A DNA stretch of 64,000 bases. Origin: an uncultured Mediterraneibacter sp. GTDB taxonomy: Bacteria > Bacillota > Clostridia > Lachnospirales > Lachnospiraceae. The translations under genes and the position numbers were made by a program. Positions 46,958-57,083 of the stretch are shown piece by piece. Numbering within the stretch: the stretch's first letter is position 1; each line of letters begins with the position of its first letter. The stretch covers positions 4,929 to 68,928 of the forward strand of contig CALWTQ010000008.1 in the NCBI GenBank assembly GCA_944384505.1, given 5' to 3'. Under the pieces are notes generated by a model that had not been told where the DNA came from, searched no databases, and saw only the letters and a list, made by a program, of their open reading frames with translations.

Positions 46958-47313
46958 GAGAATTTATCTGTATCATGTGCCCTCAGGGATGTGCATTACA
47001 GGCAGAGGAAGAAAACGGGAAAGTCCTGGAAGTCAGTGGGAATACATGCCCCCGTGGAAAAGAGTATGCAATTCAGGAAATTACAGCACCCATGCGCAAT
47101 ATCGCGACCTCGGTGAAAGTTGAAAACGGTGAACTTCCACTGGCCAGCGTCCGTCTGACCGGACCTATTCCAAAGAGTAAAATATTCCGTGCGATGGATG
47201 AGATTCGGAAAATCTATGTAAAAGCCCCTGTCAAAACAGGCGATATAGTTATTGAAAACCTCCTGGGGACGGGAGAAAGCGTAATCATTACTAAGACAAT
47301 TCACAAAATCTAA
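46951..47313 (+). CDS. DUF1667-type small CxxC..C..C protein (third subunit of the oxidoreductase)
   Basis: ICIMCPQGC..GNTCPRG, PIPKSKI, APVKTGD. Confidence 0.85.
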   Translation: MLREFICIMCPQGCALQAEEENGKVLEVSGNTCPRGKEYAIQEITAPMRNIATSVKVENGELPLASVRLTGPIPKSKIFRAMDEIRKIYVKAPVKTGDIVIENLLGTGESVIITKTIHKI

Positions 47314-47365
47314 AAATACAATTACATATCTGATTCTTATCAAAGGAGATTTCCCCTTTTCTAAA

Positions 47366-47405
47366 CAGGGGGAGGCATGGCTCGCATGAGTCACTCCTCC
47401 CCCTG
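47366..47405. terminator. Bidirectional hairpin between convergent genes
   Basis: CAGGGGGAGG / CCTCCCCCTG stem. Confidence 0.6.
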
Positions 47406-47424
47406 CTTCACAGATTTTTACCTT

Positions 47425-49046
47425 CTACAATTCTTCATGCAGAATTCTGCATTCCTTGAGGCAGCACGCCACGCCGTACGCATGAATCAGTTCCATCCCG
47501 TCATCCCTCAGCACGGCGGCATAGTCCTTTTCACGGATCTGTTCCATGGCCTCCCTGCACGCAGACTCAAATTTCTTGTTTTCCGCATATTTTAATTCAA
47601 ACACGCATCCGACTGCGTCATCCGGGATTTCCACAAGGATATCACTGTAGCCTTCTCCGGATTCAGGATTTGACCGCAGTATCCCGAATACTGATTGATC
47701 TTCTTAAAAATCCGTTAAATAATTTCTTCCGCATTGCCGTCCTTTACCGCATTGCAGAAACTGCGGAGCTTCACCGTATCACTTTTGACCGCTTTGGAGA
47801 ACCATGTCAGGATCTGCTGCTCGAATATAAGCCTTACCTCCCGGTTCGGAATCGCCAGACTGTGCACGCCTCCTGCTGCTCTTTCGGTGTCGGTCAGATA
47901 CCCCGTATTATACAACAGACTCCAGAGATAAGTCATCTTTTCCTCCGGGTCTTCGGACTCCAGATCCTGATATGTCATCTCGGGAATGATTTTCTTCTTC
48001 ACCACTCCGCCGGAAACCAGCAGCTCAATCTCCGAGCGCACTGTGCCTGTGGACTGTTCAATGATGTCTCTTACCGTCATATTTCCGCTGCTGTTGGCCC
48101 AGTAAAGCGCAGGCTCGGCACTTCTGTCAGCCAGATGATCCGACACATAGTTCAGCACATCCCACGGGCAGTATACCTCCTGCTGCCCGAACCGGTATCC
48201 ATCGTACCATTCCCTTACTTCTTCGTATTTCTCTTCCATTCCATAATCGGCAAGCAGCTTTCGGACTTCTGCATCTGTAAATCCGAAATATTCATCATAC
48301 CTGACATCCGATATGGCATGAACTTTAAAATTGTTCAGGCCTGTAAAAATACTTTCCTTTGACACTCGAAGGCAGCCTGTCAGGACGGCAAACAACAGCG
48401 AATCATTTGTTTTCAGCGCCATGCTGAACATCGTTCGGATCAGCGATACCATCCTGTCATAATATCCATTCTGGTATGCCTTGTGCAGAGGCACATCATA
48501 TTCGTCGATCAATATGATCACTTTCTTATCATACTGTTTGTAAAGAAGTCCGGACAGCAGTTTTATGCTCTGACACAGTTCCGCCTGACTACGGAAACCA
48601 TGATCCAGAATTCCCTGCAAAGGAGCCTTGTCATACTTTGTCAGCCTTTCGCTGTCCAACAGCCACTGCAGGCGAAGCGCTTCATCGTATATAATTCCGC
48701 TCAGCAGTTCGTAAGACATCTCGTATGAATCGCTCTCCACATCTTTCAGGCTTATGGAGATCACCGGGTACTGCCCCAGATATTTTTCGCACAATTCTTT
48801 TTCTTCTGATATCTGCAGTCCTTCGAACAGAGCCGCATCTGCGCCAATGCCAAAGAAAGACCGGAGCATATCCATATTCAGTGATTTCCCGAAACGACGG
48901 GGTCTGGTAAACAGATTCACCTTTCCCCAGGAATCCATCAATTCCTTTATAAAACCGGTTTTATCGATATAGTAAAATTTTTCCGTTCGTATCTCTTTAA
49001 ATTTTTCAATTCCAATCGGAAGTTTTTTCATGATCTTCTCTTTCAT
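47425..49046 (-). pseudogene. AAA-ATPase-like + PD-(D/E)XK nuclease fusion gene, split by two frame-disrupting lesions
   Basis: KKLPIGIEKF, RPRRFGKSL, IDEYDVP, IPNREV; stop at 47715; second frame FNGFLRRSISIRDTAVKS*; third frame NPESGEGYSDILVEIPDD..FELKY to 47425. Confidence 0.85.
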
Positions 49047-49151
49047 TCTGCCGCCTCCCCTTTTCGGATGCTTTTCTGATATTATACCTCAGGAGCCGGA
49101 AGAATGAAACCGATATCAGCACGCGAAATATTCACGTCCCGTTATCCGCTT

Positions 49152-49322
49152 TCAGTTCATAAACTTTTTCATTTCATCCTGCTGTTTCGCAAAATCCTTC
49201 ATCCCCATATCATACAGCTTCCGCTCTGTCTCTTCATCCATGGAATATGTTCCCACCTTGACGGTCCCACTGGGCGCAAAGATGAATACTCTTCCTTCCC
49301 AACTGGCAAGGGCGCTGGTAGT
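49152..49322 (-). pseudogene. C-terminal remnant resembling patatin-family (DUF6363-type) proteins
   Basis: Hand translation ..EGRVFIFAPSGTVKVGTYSMDEETERKLYDMGMKDFAKQQDEMKKFMN*; no start or RBS; family call from recall only. Confidence 0.4.
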
Positions 49323-49464
49323 ATTTTATACTGCTTTTTTTATGAAAGGCGGTAAAAGATTTAAGCCGGGTATATGCGATGCAGACCCAGCCCTACGGCC
49401 TGCGGGTGCTCGGAAAGATTGTCAATGTGATTGCCGATGAAAAGATTCTGCATGATGCCGGAAA

Positions 49465-49513
49465 GCAGGATCATCTGTCAGATTTCTGTCTTAAGACTGT
49501 CAGATGATCCTGC
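49465..49513 (-). terminator. Hairpin downstream of the Sip1-like galactosidase
   Basis: GCAGGATCATCTGTCAG / CTGTCAGATGATCCTGC stem (one mismatch). Confidence 0.6.
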
Positions 49514-49558
49514 TCTTCCCATCTTTTTCTTCTGCTATTGAACCTGTGTTTCTCAGAT

Positions 49559-51586
49559 TTATTCCCAGATTAGTGTACAAACAGTTTTGGATGAAATTTC
49601 CGGCAGCTCGATTACATACACTTTATCTCTTTGCTCCAGTTTTTCGGAAGCATCCATATTGTTAATCAATATTTTCTGTAGTTTCTTATCTGAGATCCAT
49701 CCTGTCTTTCCTGATTCACGTAATACCACAGTCACGCTGTTTTCCCTTTCACAAATGCTTTCAACTGCCGAAAAGCCTGCATATTTATCCAGCAGTCCAA
49801 GGCAGACGCCATTCTTTCCGCATGGCAGGATAACAAACCATCCGTAACCGCCTGCTTCCATGGTACTCTCATACTTTTCGTATCGGCCAAGAGAAACCGC
49901 TTTCTTACCGAAATAATCATATACCCAGTACGTATCAGCCTGATCCAGATCCGGTATATCTGCCGGAATGAAAGAAAGGAGCTGTTTTTTGTCTGTCAGG
50001 TTGTACGCCGCGATTCCTCCGGCCTTCTTGTCCCCATAGGACGCTGTATTATGAAGCTTCAGCACCCCCTCTGTAAGCGGATCAGAGAAGGCGCAGTCTT
50101 CCGCAGGTTTAGCAGAGCGGTCCATCATAAGGATCTCTCCGTCCAGATACATCAGCGGTTTCAGAATAGCCTGATCGGTCGCTCCGGGCTTATCGCTCAC
50201 GTAAACCGGTCCTCCGCTGATGGCACGCAGCAGACTGTGTTTTCTGGCATCCTTATGCATGGTCCAGAACATATCCCAGTCGCAGCAGTAAAGTTCATTA
50301 TGATAGAGGGAATTATAGGCATTCTGCAGAAGATGTTCTGCGAAGCCGCCCTCATTATCCGGACAGAAGTCATCGCTGTTTCTCGAGATGGCCGAAGCCG
50401 GTCTTGCCAGAATATTTTCCATGGCCATTCCCATGCAGTTGATCACTGCGCCGTCCATACGGGAAGCCCCGCTCTCAAGCGCCTGATTCATACCTCTGGC
50501 CGCATCGCAGACCGGCAGGCTGTTCTCAAAATAATAGGGAACTGCACTCTGCCCGTCTACTTTCACAAAGCTGATCCCTTCCCTGTTAAGCTCTTTGTAC
50601 CAGTCTCTGTAAAATTTCTCCCCGGTAAAAGGACTCGGAAGGACTTTTCCGTTTACAGTCCGGTAAAGATAAGGGCGCTCCTGCTCTTCTAATTCACTTC
50701 CCGGCACTATACCGCCCCAGTATCCGCCCAGAGCGTGCCATACACCGAACCACCGTACCTCTGTTTCTTTTTTGATGTCTTCTGTCATTTTCTTAAATCC
50801 GTCCGAGAATTTCTTCCTGTCCGGCTCAAAACCGGCGAGCAGTTCTTTCTCCGCCGTCATCCAGCCATCATCAATGAGCATCCAGCGGAACGGAATCCTC
50901 TTTTCAGCTATCTCATCCGCTTTCTGTCGGATTCCCTCCTCGCTGACTTCTTTATAAAATGCATCCCAGCTGCACCATCCCAGATACCGGAACATCTCCG
51001 GAATCCGGCGTTCTTCCCTCATTCGGATTCCTTTATAGTCTGCCAGCCATGCAAAAGCCTTATGTATGGCCTCGTAGAGTCCGGGAGCTTCCGCAATCAG
51101 ATAAAGCGGCTCCTCAACAGCGTTCTGCCCGCCAAGACCGGCCGACATCTCCAGACATACTTCCTCCTCCGTTCCGCCGGTCAGATATGTTTTAAAGTCT
51201 CTGCCTGCCGGCAGCACCATACAGGCATAACGATCTCTGTACTTGAGAAACACTGTCTGGGTACGGTCAGGTATCTTCTGAAAGCTGTCAGTAAATGCCG
51301 GTCTTGTCCACCATTCATTAAAAAGATACATTGCCGTAATCTTTTCAGGCCGCTCCTGCGGAAGCCATATCCTGACCGGTTTTTCCATATCCAGATTCGC
51401 ATTTTCTCTGCAGGACTCATTCTTTATATAAAGAGAGAGTTTTCCGAACCGACAACTCTCTTCTGCCTCTTCCGTCACTCGTATATAAAATCCGTCTTTT
51501 GAAAACCCTTTTGAATTCATCGGAAATTCCGCATAAATCTGCTTTCCCTTTTGAAACCGAATTTGGCATCTTATATTTTCTGTCAT
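49559..51586 (-). CDS. Sip1/raffinose-synthase-related alpha-galactosidase (GH36)
   Basis: GWCSWDAFY, LIDDGW, GVWHALGGYWGG, FVKVDGQ, RNSDDF, CDWDMF, RAISGGPVYVSD. Confidence 0.9.
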   Translation of the reverse strand: MTENIRCQIRFQKGKQIYAEFPMNSKGFSKDGFYIRVTEEAEESCRFGKLSLYIKNESCRENANLDMEKPVRIWLPQERPEKITAMYLFNEWWTRPAFTDSFQKIPDRTQTVFLKYRDRYACMVLPAGRDFKTYLTGGTEEEVCLEMSAGLGGQNAVEEPLYLIAEAPGLYEAIHKAFAWLADYKGIRMREERRIPEMFRYLGWCSWDAFYKEVSEEGIRQKADEIAEKRIPFRWMLIDDGWMTAEKELLAGFEPDRKKFSDGFKKMTEDIKKETEVRWFGVWHALGGYWGGIVPGSELEEQERPYLYRTVNGKVLPSPFTGEKFYRDWYKELNREGISFVKVDGQSAVPYYFENSLPVCDAARGMNQALESGASRMDGAVINCMGMAMENILARPASAISRNSDDFCPDNEGGFAEHLLQNAYNSLYHNELYCCDWDMFWTMHKDARKHSLLRAISGGPVYVSDKPGATDQAILKPLMYLDGEILMMDRSAKPAEDCAFSDPLTEGVLKLHNTASYGDKKAGGIAAYNLTDKKQLLSFIPADIPDLDQADTYWVYDYFGKKAVSLGRYEKYESTMEAGGYGWFVILPCGKNGVCLGLLDKYAGFSAVESICERENSVTVVLRESGKTGWISDKKLQKILINNMDASEKLEQRDKVYVIELPEISSKTVCTLIWE

Positions 51587-51674
51587 ATCCGTCTCCTATA
51601 TATTTTATTTTTTATATTCACACCTGACCATACGCCTCATGCCACATACACCTGCGCGCCCAGGTCCCGCACGT

Positions 51675-51884
51675 TTATTCCCACTTTGCGAATAATACGC
51701 AGGTTCCGCTTTTGTGATACATTTCAATTACTCTTTCCAGCTGCAGGCGGTCAACCCGCAGGTACTCTGCCTGACAGTCCAGACACATAAACTCCTGTGC
51801 CCCTCTGCCGAACAGTTTTCTGTGCAGGGCGATCTCATCAGACATAAGTCTTTTTCCACACTTCATGCATATATGATCTGTCAT
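51675..51884 (-). CDS. 69-aa Cys4 (CxxC..CxxC) zinc-ribbon-like miniprotein
   Basis: MTDHICMKCGKRL..EIALHRKLFGR..FMCLDCQAEYL..GTCVLF; ATG overlaps GH27 stop (ATGA). Confidence 0.75.
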   Translation of the reverse strand: MTDHICMKCGKRLMSDEIALHRKLFGRGAQEFMCLDCQAEYLRVDRLQLERVIEMYHKSGTCVLFAKWE

Positions 51885-53035
51885 TTTTTCGGCACCAGAG
51901 AGCATCTGTATACTTTCGATCCATGTGCCGGCACTGTTGTTGAGAACATCTCATTGTGTTTACCGATATTCACATGATCGATACAATCGTAAAACTCCAG
52001 ACTCATCCCCGCGCTCACAGGCAGCCCCAGATCCCAGAAGTCAAAAGCTCCCATTGCCGGAACATCACCCATATTGAACATACCGACCGCAAGATCTCCT
52101 CCGGCTAAAAACTTCACCATCACATACATATCCAAACTATTTGACTCACAGTTCAAAAGGAACGGAGTCCTGCACTCAATATCCTGATTGATTGCGATCA
52201 TATCGCGGTTCAGCAGAATCTTTTTCGCCTCTTCAGAAAGATTTCTGACATCGCAGCCGATCATAAGCGGAGAATTCATCATTGCCCAGAGCGAGAAGTG
52301 TGTCTGATACTCCTCATCCGTGCAGCCGCCGGCGGAGATAAAATCATTTCCGCCCTTGCCGTACATCCCGACTACCAGCATATCCATATCATTATGGCAG
52401 TAAGTTCCGGCGTGAGCCATCTTATCCATCTGGGAAAGAGCGATATCTTTAATCGAATTCCAGGAATCATTAATATCTTCTGTAGAACGGAACAGATGCG
52501 CTCCGGACGAGCGGATCCAGTCATATACGGAATCTCTTCCCCACTGGCAGGCAGAAAAAACAATATCTCTTCCGGAATTTGCCAGCGCCAGTCCCATTCT
52601 CCGGTACAGTGTCCTTCCATCCTGATTCTGCGGCTTGAAACAATTGTCATATTTCAGGTAGTCCACACCCCACTGGGCGAACTGCCTTGCATCCTCATAT
52701 TCATGTTCAAAGCTTCCCGGATAATTGGCGCAGGTTCTCGTGCCGCAGCAGCTGTACATACCGAATTTAAATCCTTTTTCATGGACATAATCAGCCAGTG
52801 CCTTTATACCATGTGGGAACTTCTCCGGATCAGCCACCAGTCTGCCTTCATCATCACGTTCTTTCAGACTCCAGCAGTCATCCATCACTACATATTCATA
52901 GCCTGCCTCCCGAAAGCCCTGGTCTTTCATTGCGTCCACTGTCTCTTTAATCAGATCCTCATTGATCTTATCTGTAAATGTATTCCATGAGTTCCACCCC
53001 ATAGGCGGAACCGCGCACATTGCTTTTCTCGTCAT
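51881..53035 (-). CDS. GH27 alpha-galactosidase (melibiase)
   Basis: PPMGWNSWN, VMDDCW, DYLKYDNC, RSTEDI, NDMDMLVVG, SPLMIGCD. Confidence 0.93.
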   Translation of the reverse strand: MTRKAMCAVPPMGWNSWNTFTDKINEDLIKETVDAMKDQGFREAGYEYVVMDDCWSLKERDDEGRLVADPEKFPHGIKALADYVHEKGFKFGMYSCCGTRTCANYPGSFEHEYEDARQFAQWGVDYLKYDNCFKPQNQDGRTLYRRMGLALANSGRDIVFSACQWGRDSVYDWIRSSGAHLFRSTEDINDSWNSIKDIALSQMDKMAHAGTYCHNDMDMLVVGMYGKGGNDFISAGGCTDEEYQTHFSLWAMMNSPLMIGCDVRNLSEEAKKILLNRDMIAINQDIECRTPFLLNCESNSLDMYVMVKFLAGGDLAVGMFNMGDVPAMGAFDFWDLGLPVSAGMSLEFYDCIDHVNIGKHNEMFSTTVPAHGSKVYRCSLVPKK

Positions 53036-53076
53036 ATCCCTGTCTTTCCTTTCTTTTCATAATACGTTCTTATTCA

Positions 53077-53739
53077 TCATGCAGCTTTTCTGTCTGTCAA
53101 TATCTGGCTTTCAGAATATTTCCTGATCTGCGAAATGATAAGCTTTGCCGTAATCAATGCGATCAGTCCAAACCCGAAGAAAGCTCCGATAAAAGCATAA
53201 GTCGGACGGTTTGCTTCATCAAGGCAATACAGCGCCACCGGAATCACATGAAGCATCACGATCACGACAAGCTTAAGCGGCCGGTTCATGGCCAGGAAAA
53301 GCGCCTTTTTTACCATCTCTGTCACATTCCCCGTACTTACTGACAAAAGGGGAAATAAATACAAGGCAATTACAAGCAGTACAAGCATTACCGCAATGAC
53401 TCCCGCCGAAAAGTACCGTATTCCCCCGCTAACCTGCCTGCATACCTGCAGGTCAATATACCCCAGTATCATAATCCCTGCGAAGGCAATCCAGTACAAT
53501 GTTGTCCTGATAAAATTTTTACGAAATCCCTGCCAGAAAGTCGTAAACGGATTAATGGCATCCTCTGCCTCCAGCATGGAAAAAATAGTATGATACAATG
53601 CTTTCCAGGCAGCCCCGATGGTAACCACCGGGATACTGCACACTGCAAAAAGTACGTTTGCCGCGATAATGGTTCCAGCCTTTGTCATCAACCTTCCAAA
53701 CGTGCTGTCATTTCCTAAAAAACCGCCTATTATATTCAT
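53077..53739 (-). CDS. YesL/DUF624-family membrane protein
   Basis: NVLFAVCSIPVVTIGAAWKALY, FWQGFRKNF; start moved to the ATG at 53739 behind GAGGTG. Confidence 0.85.
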   Translation of the reverse strand: MNIIGGFLGNDSTFGRLMTKAGTIIAANVLFAVCSIPVVTIGAAWKALYHTIFSMLEAEDAINPFTTFWQGFRKNFIRTTLYWIAFAGIMILGYIDLQVCRQVSGGIRYFSAGVIAVMLVLLVIALYLFPLLSVSTGNVTEMVKKALFLAMNRPLKLVVIVMLHVIPVALYCLDEANRPTYAFIGAFFGFGLIALITAKLIISQIRKYSESQILTDRKAA

Positions 53740-53749
53740 AAAACACCTC

Positions 53750-54616
53750 TTAAAGCTTTCCGCCTGATGTGGCGATACCTTCCACAAACTGTTTCTGGAA
53801 AATCAGATATATAACAATCATTGGCACCACTGCCATAACCGCTCCCGCCATGATCTGCGGATAATCGCTGACGAACTGTCCCTGCAGTCTTGAAAGACCT
53901 GCCGTCAGTGTCGTAGCGCCTGCCTGGGGAGCTACAAGGAGCGGCCACATCAGATCTTTATATGCAAACAATGCGGTAAACACTCCGAGAGACACCAGTG
54001 AAGAACGGGTAAGCGGCAGCATGACAAACAGAAATCTCTGCCCTACGTTTGCCCCGTCAATCTCCGCAGCCTCTTCCAGTGACCGCGGCAGACTCTGATA
54101 TCCCTGCTTACACAGGTAAGTGCCGAATGCAGTGACAATTCCCGGAAGCACCAGAGCGAACTGGGTATTAAGCATGTGAAGCTTTGACACGATCAGATAC
54201 TGCGGTATCGTAAATATCTGTCCCGGCACCATCATCTGGATCAGCACCAGCGCAAACAGGAAATTTTTAAACGGAAACTTCAGCCTTCCGAATGCGTATC
54301 CTGCCAGTGTGGCGGTCAGACACGCACACAGCACGCGAAGCGCGATCATGATCAGTGTATTTTTATACAGAAGCAGGAAATTATAGGAATTCCATACTTC
54401 TATAAAGTTCTCTATGTGCCATCCGGCCTGGGGCAGGATATAAAACGGGTCAATAGATATCGCTTCTGTTTTTGTCTTAAACGCCGTGAGGATCATCCAG
54501 ATAAACGGTACGATCATGACCAGTGAACCGGCTATCAGGAAAAGGTGAATCACACCCGATGTCATCCTCTGTTTCAAATGCCAGCCTATTCCAGGCTTCT
54601 TCTCTGTCTTATTCAT
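53750..54616 (-). CDS. Carbohydrate ABC transporter permease
   Basis: LPRSLEEAAEIDGA EAA loop, FQKQFVEGIATSGGK. Confidence 0.93.
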   Translation of the reverse strand: MNKTEKKPGIGWHLKQRMTSGVIHLFLIAGSLVMIVPFIWMILTAFKTKTEAISIDPFYILPQAGWHIENFIEVWNSYNFLLLYKNTLIMIALRVLCACLTATLAGYAFGRLKFPFKNFLFALVLIQMMVPGQIFTIPQYLIVSKLHMLNTQFALVLPGIVTAFGTYLCKQGYQSLPRSLEEAAEIDGANVGQRFLFVMLPLTRSSLVSLGVFTALFAYKDLMWPLLVAPQAGATTLTAGLSRLQGQFVSDYPQIMAGAVMAVVPMIVIYLIFQKQFVEGIATSGGKL

Positions 54617-55493
54617 AATGCACCCACTTCTTTTCTGTTTTCTGCAGAATAAACGTTATGATACCGATAATTACAACCATAAATACAACGATCGTCGACC
54701 CATACCCTTTATCACCTTTCTCAAAGGCATATTCGTAGAACAGATATGTAATCGTCTTGACCGTAGGCCATGCCCTGCTGCTCTGATCCATCAACATAAA
54801 CGGAAGGTCAAAGAGCTGGAGCGCTCCGATGATGCCTGTCTGGATAATAAAGAATAACATCGGGCTGAGCAGCGGAATCGTAATGTGGAAAAAGGAATGT
54901 ATCCCTGTTGATCCGTCGATCGCCGCCGCTTCATAATAATCTTTCGGAATATCCTGAAGTCCTCCCAGCAAAAGAATCATATTGTTTCCGATTCCGCTCC
55001 ACACTCCTACGATAATGACACTGATCCACGCTATTTTCGGATCCGTGATCCAGTTGATATCCGTACCAAAGATATGATTCAGCAGGCCGTAATTCTGATT
55101 GAACAGCCACTTCCAAACCATTGCAACCGCCGCCGGCGCGCAGACCATTGGCAGGAAATAAATCGTACGGTAAATGCCTCTGCCCTTCATCTTCCGGTTC
55201 AGCAGAACCGCCAGAACCAGTGAGATAGCAATTGTCACCGGAAGGCTCACTGCCGCATATCTGAAGGAATTGAACAGCGTTCTGAACACCTCTTTATCAT
55301 GGATCAGTGTCACAAAATTTTTCAGTCCGATAAATTCATTTCCTATACCAAAATCTCCGGTCTTGCAGACCGACTGATAAAATGTTTCAAATATGGGGTA
55401 ATAATTCAGTATTAAAAGTCCGATAATGGTGGGGGCTACAAAAGCCAGCCCCCAGATCGCTTCGGATTTCTGTCTGGATGTCATTTTTTTCAT
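54609..55493 (-). CDS. Carbohydrate ABC transporter permease
   Basis: IPKDYYEAAAIDGS EAA loop, FIGLKNF, GYGST. Confidence 0.93.
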   Translation of the reverse strand: MKKMTSRQKSEAIWGLAFVAPTIIGLLILNYYPIFETFYQSVCKTGDFGIGNEFIGLKNFVTLIHDKEVFRTLFNSFRYAAVSLPVTIAISLVLAVLLNRKMKGRGIYRTIYFLPMVCAPAAVAMVWKWLFNQNYGLLNHIFGTDINWITDPKIAWISVIIVGVWSGIGNNMILLLGGLQDIPKDYYEAAAIDGSTGIHSFFHITIPLLSPMLFFIIQTGIIGALQLFDLPFMLMDQSSRAWPTVKTITYLFYEYAFEKGDKGYGSTIVVFMVVIIGIITFILQKTEKKWVHYE

Positions 55494-55519
55494 TTTATTC
55501 CATCCTTTCTATCTTTCCT

Positions 55520-56842
55520 TTATTCATCTGCAAGGATCTGATTCATATTATCAGCAGCCTGTTTCAGATCTGCCTCCATGTTATCAGGATTTGTCCATGC
55601 ATCGACAAGTATTTCCGAGTTGTCATCCATCCAGAGTGAAGTGTCTTTTGAATAAGGACGGAAAACAAGAGTCCCTTTTTCTTCAATATCTACAAAAGGT
55701 GAAATATCCATATCACCAAAAGCTTTTGCAAAAGGCTCTGAGCATCCGATATAACCGGACATTGTAACGCCAAGTTCTGACTGTTTATTCTGGCCTTCCT
55801 CTGAGCAGAAGAAAGAGATAAGTGAGTACGCAGCGTCCGGATTTTTCGTGTTCGCATACGCAGCCCAGCCCAGTCCGTTATAGATTGAACAGCGTTCACC
55901 CGGTTCGCACTGACCGTTTCCATTTACATCTGCATATGGCAGAAGCGCCCAGCCATAATCAGATGCATTGTCAGCATCTGCAAAGGTTCCGACTGCCCAG
56001 GAGCCCTGACATTCCATTCCGATCAGCCCTGACAGGAACATCGTATCTCCGCCTGTGGATGCCATGGTATCCTGCGGAGGACATGCGGGAACAATTTCAT
56101 CCGCTACAAATTTCATTGCGTCAATAGTGGCCTGTTCATCCAGTCCGGAAGCCGTTCTGTCGTCATTAATGATCTCTCCGCCATAGGAATAAACGATGTT
56201 GTACCACGTATCCTGATCATTTGCCACATTACAGTATGTTCCGTATACTCCGTCAGCTTTGCCCTTTTCGCTGATCTCCTGAGCTGCATCGGCATAATCC
56301 TCCCAGGTCCAGTCATCTGAAGGATACTCGACTCCGTATTTATCAAAAATTGCTTTGTTGTAGATAACAGCGATCGTATCATGATCTTTCGGAATCGCGT
56401 ACTGAGCGCCGTCCATGTTGTACAGCTCTGTAATTCCCTCATAATAATTGCTCAGATCCATGGCATCGTCATTTTCGATATAATCGTTCAGATCCAGAAG
56501 CACGCCTGCTCCCATATATTTTGTCGCGTTATCCGAGTGCATCCAGAAAACATCCGGCATCTCACCGCCCTGTACTCCGGCTTCGAGCATCGTCCAGTAT
56601 GTACTCCAGTCCAGCACTTCAAACTCCACATTGTAACCGTTCTCTTCTCCCCACTCATCAGCAATCTCCTGAAGTCCTGCCAGCTGGTTATTATCCCAGA
56701 TACCGACACGGATCGTATCTCCTCCGCCGCTGCCTCCATTCCCGGAATTTTCTCCCGAGCTGCCACAGCCTGCCATCGAAAATACGAATACTGCTGATAA
56801 TCCCAGTGCCAGTCCCTTTTTTATAATAATACCTTTTTTCAT
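55520..56842 (-). CDS. Sugar ABC transporter substrate-binding lipoprotein
   Basis: Lipobox MAGC, MPDVFWM, YAIPKD, YNKAIFDKYGV; start moved to the ATG at 56842 behind GGAGG. Confidence 0.92.
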   Translation of the reverse strand: MKKGIIIKKGLALGLSAVFVFSMAGCGSSGENSGNGGSGGGDTIRVGIWDNNQLAGLQEIADEWGEENGYNVEFEVLDWSTYWTMLEAGVQGGEMPDVFWMHSDNATKYMGAGVLLDLNDYIENDDAMDLSNYYEGITELYNMDGAQYAIPKDHDTIAVIYNKAIFDKYGVEYPSDDWTWEDYADAAQEISEKGKADGVYGTYCNVANDQDTWYNIVYSYGGEIINDDRTASGLDEQATIDAMKFVADEIVPACPPQDTMASTGGDTMFLSGLIGMECQGSWAVGTFADADNASDYGWALLPYADVNGNGQCEPGERCSIYNGLGWAAYANTKNPDAAYSLISFFCSEEGQNKQSELGVTMSGYIGCSEPFAKAFGDMDISPFVDIEEKGTLVFRPYSKDTSLWMDDNSEILVDAWTNPDNMEADLKQAADNMNQILADE

Positions 56843-57083
56843 GTTTTCCTCCACCTATCTGATTTTGTTCAGGCATGCATGCGTTTTATTTTTTATGCAC
56901 TTATTATATGTCCTGAAAACAGTGTAATCCATGACCTCAGGAAACGATTTTATGGAAATGTTGATATGTCAAAATCGTAAATTATATGGTATAATAGTTG
57001 CGCAAAGTGCGATCCGGATCGATGTATCTGATCCGTTTTGCTGCGCGAATAGTCTAATGATTGTTAGCCGGGAGGTGCCCCAC

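Noticed and set aside
47425-49046. AAA + nuclease as an active defence system
   Set aside because: Common multicopy family, frame-disrupted here, with no partner genes
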